A stretch of 64,000 nucleotides of DNA from Kiritimatiellia bacterium. GTDB lineage: Bacteria; Verrucomicrobiota; Kiritimatiellia; JAAZAB01. Below the pieces are notes generated by a model, which made no database searches, had not been told where the DNA came from, and saw only the letters and a list, made by a program, of their open reading frames with translations. The number at the start of each line of letters is the position of its first letter. The first letter of the stretch is position 1. Positions 57,971 to 64,000 of the stretch are shown piece after piece. The position numbers and the translations under genes are program-made. The stretch covers positions 44,590 through 108,589 of the forward strand of contig JAXGPF010000008.1 in the NCBI GenBank assembly GCA_040767085.1, read 5' to 3'.

Positions 57971-60900
57971 TTAGTCTCCAACCTTGCCCGTTCCCCGCCC
58001 ATAGATCAGGTTGTAAACCACCGGGATCACCAGCAAGGTGAAGATGGTGGAGACGAATAAGCCGAAGATGATGGACCAGGCCAGGCCGCTGAAAATCGGA
58101 TCGAGGGTGATCGGCCAGGCGCCCAGCAGCGTGGTGCCGGCGGTCAGGAAAATCGGGCGGAACCGCGTGGCGCCGGATTCCAGGATGGCCTCGCGCAACG
58201 AACGCCCCGCCGCCGTGTTGACGCGGATGAAGTCAATCAGGATGATGGCGTTGCGCTGGACGATGCCGCCCAGGGCGATCATGCCGATCATGGCGGTGGC
58301 GGTGAAAAACACGGGAGTGTCGAAACCGCCCACCGGGCGGTTCACCAGCAGGTTCAACAGCCAGAAACCCGGCATGATGCCGATCAGCGTCAGCGGGATG
58401 GACATCATGATGACCAGCGGCAGCAGGTAGGAGCTGGTTTCGTAAACCAGCAGGACGTAAATGGCCAGGAGCGCCACGGCGAAGGCGATGCCCAGGTCGC
58501 GGAAGACATCCACCGTGATCTTCCATTCCCCTTCACCGGCCCAGTCCGCCCTGAGACCCGCCGGCAGCGGATTGGCTTTCAGCCATTGCTGCATGGCCAG
58601 CACTGCCTCCGCCGGGCCGCGGCCCGCCATCTCGGCCGTGACGTACACCACCCGCTCCTGGTTTTTATGCATGATGGACTTGTCCTCCACCTGCTCCTCG
58701 AACCGGCCCAGTTCGCCCAGTTGGACAAATTGGCCCTGGCGGCCCTTGATGGGCAGGGTGGCCAGCAGGGCGGTGTCGGAACGCTTGTCGCGGGGCAGCC
58801 GCAGCACGAGCGGCAGTTCGTTCTGTTCGGACGGGGTATGAACCGTGCCGACCATCTGGCCGTCCAGCGCCAGCCGCAGCACCTGGGCGGCGTCCGCCGC
58901 GGCGATGCCGCTGCGTCCGGCGAGATCGCGGTCAACATGGAAAAACCATTTCTGCTGGTTGGTTTCGACCGAGTCGTCCACTTCGACGACTCCCGGCTCC
59001 TGTCGCAACCGCGCGGCCACCTGGCGGGCGCCGGCGATCAATTCGTCGTATTGCTGGTGCGGCTGGCCGTAGATTTCCGCCACCACGGTCGCGAGCACCG
59101 GCGGGCCGGGCGGAGCCTCCACGAGCTTGACCTGCGCGCCATGCCGTTCAGCGATGGCGGCGATGTCATTGCGGATGCGCAGGATGATATCGTGGCTGGA
59201 TTGCGCCCGGCGCTGGCGCGGCAGCAAGTTGACGCGGATATCCCCGAGGTTGGGCGCTTGGCGCAGGTAATAGTGCCGGACCAGTCCGTTGAAGTCCATC
59301 GGCGAAGGCGCGCCCAGGGTCGTGGTGAAGTCCACCACTTCCGGTACGCCGCGCAGGTAATCCTCTGCGTCGCGCGCCAGGGCGTCGGTCATTTCCAGCG
59401 GGGCGGATTCGGGCAGGTCCAGCACGAGCTGGAATTCGTTTTTATTGTCGAAGGGCAGCATTTTCAGGGGCACGCGGCCGGTGGCGGCCAGCAGCAGCGC
59501 GCCGGCGAACAGCGCGGCCATCACCGCCAGCAGCAGCCAGGCGGCCCGGCGCGAATCCACGAACGGGGCGGCCAGCCGGCTATAAACCGCGTAGGTGCGG
59601 GTGGTCCGCACATCGTAAGGCTTGGCATTGTCCGCCGGGGCGCGCAGCAGCTTGTTGGCCAGCCATGGCGCCAGGGCGAACGCCACCAGCATGGAACTGA
59701 TCATCGTCAGCGGCACGTTGAGGGCCATCGGGCGCATGTAGGGGCCCATCATGCCGCTGATGAAAAACATCGGGATGAACGAGACGATGATCGCCAGCGT
59801 GGCCAGCACGATGGGCGGCATCACTTCTTCCATGGCCAGTTGCACGGCCTCCTCGCGGCGGTGGCGTTTCATGGCGAAAAAGCGGTAAATGTTTTCCACG
59901 CTGACGATGGGGTTGTCCACCAGCAAGCCCAACGCCAGGATCAGCGCGAACAGCGTCACGCGGTTGATCGTGTAGCCGAACAGGAAGTTGCACAGGAGCG
60001 TCAGGGCGTAGGTGATCGGGATCGCCAGCCCGACGATCACGCCGACCCGCCAACTCATGGTCAGGGCGATCAGGGCGACGACGGTGAGCATCCCCAGGCC
60101 GAGGTTGAGCACCAGGTCGTTGACTTTTTCGTTCGCGGTGGCGCCGTAGTCCCGCGTAATGCGGACGGCGACATTGTCCGGGATGGTCCGGCCCTGCAGC
60201 GCCCGCAGGGCGCGTTCCAGTTCCCGCGCCACTTGCACGGCATTGCTGCCCTTCTTCTTGGCCACGGCGATGCTCACCGCGGCCCGGGGCGCGGCGCCGT
60301 CCGGCGCCGCGAACGCCGGGTCGGCCGGCCCATGGTGGAAGCGGGTCAGGGTGCGCGGTTCCGCCGGGCCGTCGGCGATCCGCGCGACGTCCCGCAGGTA
60401 AACCGGGCGGCCGGCATGCAGCCCCACCATCAGGTTGGCGACTTCGCCGGCATCCCGCAGAAACGGCCCGGCCGCGACCGTCGCCACGGCGTTGCCCTGC
60501 TCGAACGAGCCGGCCTGGAGCTGCAGGTTGCCCGCCTGCAGCGCGCCGGCGATTTCGCGGGGGCAGAGGCCGTGCGCCGCGAGTTGTTCCGGATCGAGGT
60601 AGACGGTCAACTGGCGTTTTTCGCCGCCGTGAATGGTGATGGCGGCGCTGTCGGGCACGTGCTGGAGTTTGCCGACGACTTCCTCGGCGATTCGGTAGAG
60701 CGCGTGGGTGTCGCAACTCCGGCTGTGCAGGGTGGCGGTCAGAATCGGCACGTCGTCAACTTCCACCGGCTTGACCACCCAGCCGGCGATGCCGGGGGTG
60801 GCTTTATCCACATTCTGGAAAATCTTGTTGTACAGCTTGATCAGGCTGGCTTCGCGGTCCTCGCCCACGTAAAACCGCACGGTCACCACCGCCATTCCCG

Positions 60901-61177
60901 GGCGCGAGGTGGAATAGACGTATTCCACGCCGTCAATCTGGTACAGCAGGCGTTCCAGGCGCGACGACACCATTTTTTCCACTTCCGCCGCCGATCCGCC
61001 CGGATACATCACCAGCACGTCGGCCAGCGGGACGACGATTTGCGGCTCCTCTTCGCGGGGGGTCACCATCAGCGCGATGGCGCCGGCCAGCAGGCTGACC
61101 AGGATCAGCAGCACGGCGAAATTGCCGGTGAGGAAGGCCCGCACCAGCCCGCCCATTACAGAGTGTTTGCCGTCCAT
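57971..61177 (-). CDS. RND efflux permease (AcrB/CusA family)
   Basis: REEEPQIVVP, YGATANEKV, NRVTLFALILALGLLVDNPIVSVENI, GMMGPYMRPMA, RFRPIFLTAGTT. Confidence 0.95.
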   Translation of the reverse strand: MDGKHSVMGGLVRAFLTGNFAVLLILVSLLAGAIALMVTPREEEPQIVVPLADVLVMYPGGSAAEVEKMVSSRLERLLYQIDGVEYVYSTSRPGMAVVTVRFYVGEDREASLIKLYNKIFQNVDKATPGIAGWVVKPVEVDDVPILTATLHSRSCDTHALYRIAEEVVGKLQHVPDSAAITIHGGEKRQLTVYLDPEQLAAHGLCPREIAGALQAGNLQLQAGSFEQGNAVATVAAGPFLRDAGEVANLMVGLHAGRPVYLRDVARIADGPAEPRTLTRFHHGPADPAFAAPDGAAPRAAVSIAVAKKKGSNAVQVARELERALRALQGRTIPDNVAVRITRDYGATANEKVNDLVLNLGLGMLTVVALIALTMSWRVGVIVGLAIPITYALTLLCNFLFGYTINRVTLFALILALGLLVDNPIVSVENIYRFFAMKRHRREEAVQLAMEEVMPPIVLATLAIIVSFIPMFFISGMMGPYMRPMALNVPLTMISSMLVAFALAPWLANKLLRAPADNAKPYDVRTTRTYAVYSRLAAPFVDSRRAAWLLLAVMAALFAGALLLAATGRVPLKMLPFDNKNEFQLVLDLPESAPLEMTDALARDAEDYLRGVPEVVDFTTTLGAPSPMDFNGLVRHYYLRQAPNLGDIRVNLLPRQRRAQSSHDIILRIRNDIAAIAERHGAQVKLVEAPPGPPVLATVVAEIYGQPHQQYDELIAGARQVAARLRQEPGVVEVDDSVETNQQKWFFHVDRDLAGRSGIAAADAAQVLRLALDGQMVGTVHTPSEQNELPLVLRLPRDKRSDTALLATLPIKGRQGQFVQLGELGRFEEQVEDKSIMHKNQERVVYVTAEMAGRGPAEAVLAMQQWLKANPLPAGLRADWAGEGEWKITVDVFRDLGIAFAVALLAIYVLLVYETSSYLLPLVIMMSIPLTLIGIMPGFWLLNLLVNRPVGGFDTPVFFTATAMIGMIALGGIVQRNAIILIDFIRVNTAAGRSLREAILESGATRFRPIFLTAGTTLLGAWPITLDPIFSGLAWSIIFGLFVSTIFTLLVIPVVYNLIYGRGTGKVGD

Positions 61178-61180
61178 GGC

Positions 61181-62215
61181 TCAATCCTCCAGCACGGGTT
61201 GCGCGAGCACCTGTTCGCCGTCCGCCAGGCCGCTGAGAATCGCCACCTGTTCGCCGTAGCGCGGGCCGGTTTTCACCAGGCGGGTCAGGCGCCGCCCGTG
61301 TTCCAGCACCTGAACGAATTCCAACTGGCCGGAGCGGTAAACGGCGCCGGCCGGCAGGAGGATTTGGCGGCGTTCGTCCGCGTTGACCCACAGGCGGCCG
61401 AAGGTGCCGGGCAGGAGCGTCCCTGTATTATCTTCCAGATCCACGCGCACAAGCTGGGTGCGGCTCATCGGATCGATTTCCGCGACGATCTCCGCCACCC
61501 GGCCGGCGAACTTGCGGGACGGCCGTTCGAGCGTCACTTCCACTTCCTGGCCAAGCTGCAGCTTTTCGATCAAACGCAGCGGCGCCGGCACTTCCAGGCG
61601 CATGCGGTGCGGATCGTAAATGGCCATCAGGAGCTGGCCCGGGCCGGTCAGGTCGCCGGCTTCCACGCGGCGGTCGGTGACGATGCCGGCGATGGGCGAG
61701 GTGATCTGGGCATAGGAAAGCATGACGCGCATGCGCTCCATCTGGGCCTTGGCGGCGTTAAACATGGATTCCGCCGCGGTCAAAGCCTGCTCGGTGGCGG
61801 CCTGGGTTTCGAAAAGCTGACGCGCGCGTTTGTACTCGGCTTCCGCCTGCTTCAATTGCGCTTCCGCGGCGCCGGCCTGCTCGCGGATTTCGCGGTCGTC
61901 CAGCGTCAGCAGCAGGTGGCCGGCCGGCACGGCCTGGCCGGCGGAGACGAACATTTCGTTGACATGCGCCGGGATGCGGGCGCTGATGTTCACCCGGTTG
62001 GCCGAAGCCACCGTGCCCACCAGGTCCAGGCGCACAGGCACGACTTCCGCGCGGGCGGCGATCACGGCGGCGTTGTCCGGCGCCGGTCGGCCCGGCAGCG
62101 GCCGCGCCGCGGGGGCATCGGCGCGGGGCAGGCATCCGGCGGCCAGCATGGCGGAGAGAAGGGCGGCGGCGGCGGCCTGGCGGCGCCGCAGGTTCAGCGG
62201 GTAATCAGCATGCAT
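61181..62215 (-). CDS. RND periplasmic adaptor (lipoprotein)
   Basis: Lipobox LAAGC; ISARIPAHV..VSAGQAVPAGHLLLTLD; ITSPIAGIV; IDPMSRT; GTFGR. Confidence 0.93.
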   Translation of the reverse strand: MHADYPLNLRRRQAAAAALLSAMLAAGCLPRADAPAARPLPGRPAPDNAAVIAARAEVVPVRLDLVGTVASANRVNISARIPAHVNEMFVSAGQAVPAGHLLLTLDDREIREQAGAAEAQLKQAEAEYKRARQLFETQAATEQALTAAESMFNAAKAQMERMRVMLSYAQITSPIAGIVTDRRVEAGDLTGPGQLLMAIYDPHRMRLEVPAPLRLIEKLQLGQEVEVTLERPSRKFAGRVAEIVAEIDPMSRTQLVRVDLEDNTGTLLPGTFGRLWVNADERRQILLPAGAVYRSGQLEFVQVLEHGRRLTRLVKTGPRYGEQVAILSGLADGEQVLAQPVLED

Positions 62216-62229
62216 TTGACACCTCTTGA

Positions 62230-63570
62230 TTAATCAGGTTTGTGCGCGGGCTGTGCATATTTTTCAGCCAGTGCGCCGCGGGCGCGCTCCAGGTTCGATT
62301 GCGCGATCAGCAGGTCGTATTGCGCCGCCACGCCGCGCGTCTGCAGGGCATGCAGTCCGACTTCGGCCGTCAGCAGTTCGGTGATATCGGCCGCACCTTG
62401 CTGGTAGCGCTCGCGCGTAATGCGCAGCGCCTCGCGGGCGTTTTCCACATTCTTGCGCATGACCTCAATCCGTTCCCGGGCTTCGGCCAGGCTCAGTTGC
62501 GCCTGGGTCAGGTCGAATTGCACCGCCAGGCGGGTTTTGCGCAGTTCCGCCCGGGCGCGGGCCAGTTCGGCGGAAGCCTGGCGGATGGCGTTGGGTCGGC
62601 GGAAGCCGTCGAAAATTTCCCACTCTGCCATGATGCCGGCCATGTAACTGTTTTCGTAATCACGCCAATCGTCGCTATCCCAGTCCAGCGAGCCGAAGGC
62701 GTTGAAGGCCGGGCTGAATTCCCGTCGGGCGCGCCGCCACTGGTGCTGGCTCAAGGTTACCTGTTCGGCAGCCAGGCGGAGTTCCGGTCGGTTTTCCGGG
62801 CCGGCCTGTGAAGCGTCGTCTAACGCTGCCGGTTCCGGTTCCGGCGGGGGCTGCAAGTCGTCCGCCCGGGCTATTTCCACGCCGATGGCGGTGTTGAGCG
62901 CCGCTACGGCCAAGCGGAGTCCGTTGCGGGCGCGGATTGCATCCTCGCGCGCCTCGGCCAGTTTGACATCCAGGTTCAGCACATCGGTTTTGACCGCCGA
63001 ACCGGCCTGGAAGCGCTCGCGGGCCACCCGCTGGCTTTCCTCGAGCGATGCGACCATGGCCGTTTGAACGTCCACGAAGGCGCGTGCCTGGAGGGTGTTC
63101 AGGTAGGCGCGGGTGACCTGGTGCACCAACTCGTTGCGCGCCGCGTCCTGCCCGGATTGCGCCAGGCGCGTGCCGGACAGCGCCGCGCCGCGGGCGGATT
63201 CGCGCTGGCCGCCGTCAAACAAACGGTATTTGGCGGCAACGCTCCAGCGGATATTGTCCGTGTCGTCCGGATCGTTAGGGTCGAACTCCGGCGCCATCAT
63301 GTTCAGTTGCCGCTGGTTGAGCGTCATCATGAAGGCTTGCGGGGGATTGTCGGTGCGCATGTACGTTCCGTTCAGGGAGAGCCAGGGGTAATAACCCGAT
63401 TCCGCCTGGCGCAGCGCAGCCTGCGCGGCCGTGATGCGTTGCGCCGCCGCCGCCATGTCGGGGTTCTCGCTCAGCGCGGTTTGAATGCAATCTTCCAGGG
63501 TGATCGCCGGCGCGGCCGCTGCCAGGACCGCGCCGCAAGCGGTTATGATGTTTGCCAAGCGTTGACGCAT
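62230..63570 (-). CDS. TolC family outer-membrane efflux protein
   Basis: Signal peptide; TLEDCIQTALSENP, LFDGG, ERFQAGS..KTDVL, ERYQQGAADITELLTAE. Confidence 0.92.
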   Translation of the reverse strand: MRQRLANIITACGAVLAAAAPAITLEDCIQTALSENPDMAAAAQRITAAQAALRQAESGYYPWLSLNGTYMRTDNPPQAFMMTLNQRQLNMMAPEFDPNDPDDTDNIRWSVAAKYRLFDGGQRESARGAALSGTRLAQSGQDAARNELVHQVTRAYLNTLQARAFVDVQTAMVASLEESQRVARERFQAGSAVKTDVLNLDVKLAEAREDAIRARNGLRLAVAALNTAIGVEIARADDLQPPPEPEPAALDDASQAGPENRPELRLAAEQVTLSQHQWRRARREFSPAFNAFGSLDWDSDDWRDYENSYMAGIMAEWEIFDGFRRPNAIRQASAELARARAELRKTRLAVQFDLTQAQLSLAEARERIEVMRKNVENAREALRITRERYQQGAADITELLTAEVGLHALQTRGVAAQYDLLIAQSNLERARGALAEKYAQPAHKPD

Positions 63571-63654
63571 ATACTTGTCTCCGTAATGATTATTATTATT
63601 CTGCCGAAAAGAGCGAAAAAAACAAGCAAATTCAGCCGGCCAGGGCTGGCCGGT

Positions 63655-63917
63655 CACGGCTGCGTCATTCTCGGCGGCTCGCTCCCGCGCCAGGCGGGAC
63701 AAGCCGGAGGTTTACCCCGCTTTGAGCAGGGTCTCGCTCTTCAGCAGATTTCCCAGGTGGGGCGAGCTCTCCGAGTCCGGCTTTGCCGGACGGCTCCGTC
63801 GGAGACGTCGCCCTACCTCCAGCAGATTTCCCAGGTAGGGCGAGGTCTCCCTGCTTCGCTGAAGCTATACAGGGCAAGCCGTACCGAGCCGTCTGTTCTG
63901 AGAATAACGCAGCCCTG
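63655..63917. mobile_element. MITE-like element (copy 2) with an expanded REP mosaic
   Basis: CACGGCTGCGTCATTCTC / GAGAATAACGCAGCCCTG; flanks GCTGGCCGGT / GCTGGCCCGC; two REP doublets sharing the linker CAGCAGATTTCCCAG; extra insert CCTGCTTCGCTGAAGCTATACAGGGCAAGC. Confidence 0.78.
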
Positions 63918-64000
63918 GCTGGCCCGCTCAGAGCGGAATGCCGCGGACGCCGAAAAAGGGGGTTACCGCGGGATAAACAGCTTCTGGCCCTGGCGCAGAT

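Noticed and set aside
58586-62233. 1215-aa plus-strand ORF
   Set aside because: Antisense shadow of the RND permease and adaptor genes.
63930-64000. Possible RNA gene at the window end
   Set aside because: No tRNA cloverleaf or rRNA signature; too short to call. No tRNA or rRNA was recognised anywhere in the window.

Overview
GC-rich bacterial chromosomal window. The gene set and protein families suggest a PVC-superphylum organism such as Kiritimatiellota/Lentisphaerota, but that is inference. Most of the window is housekeeping: icd-aconitase, fmt, ilvB-ilvN-leuA-aroE-pilD-aroK under a complete ribosome-dependent attenuator, carB, sdaA, a chromate transporter pair and an RND pump. It also carries a Flp/Tad pilin cluster split by a two-gene DDE insertion sequence, and a TolC/HlyD/heterodimeric-ABC export operon containing a 13-Cys orphan protein. 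The main accessory feature is a lower-GC island at about 51260-57963 that reads as an integron cassette array with no integrase in the window. It has an attI-like site and five attC-like sites. The cassettes encode an HNH nuclease, a Ser/Thr kinase, an orphan, a DUF6868-like protein, a YHYH protein and a RelE/ParE toxin-antitoxin pair with a frameshifted toxin. The array has been invaded repeatedly by a Y1/HUH (RAYT-like) transposase element with 17-bp inverted ends: one full copy, one internally deleted copy and three orphan left ends, mostly at cassette 3' boundaries where attC sites should be. A second repeat family, a MITE with 18-bp TIRs filled with GTAG-type REP doublets, occurs twice. 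All calls are from motif reading by eye; no database searches were run.
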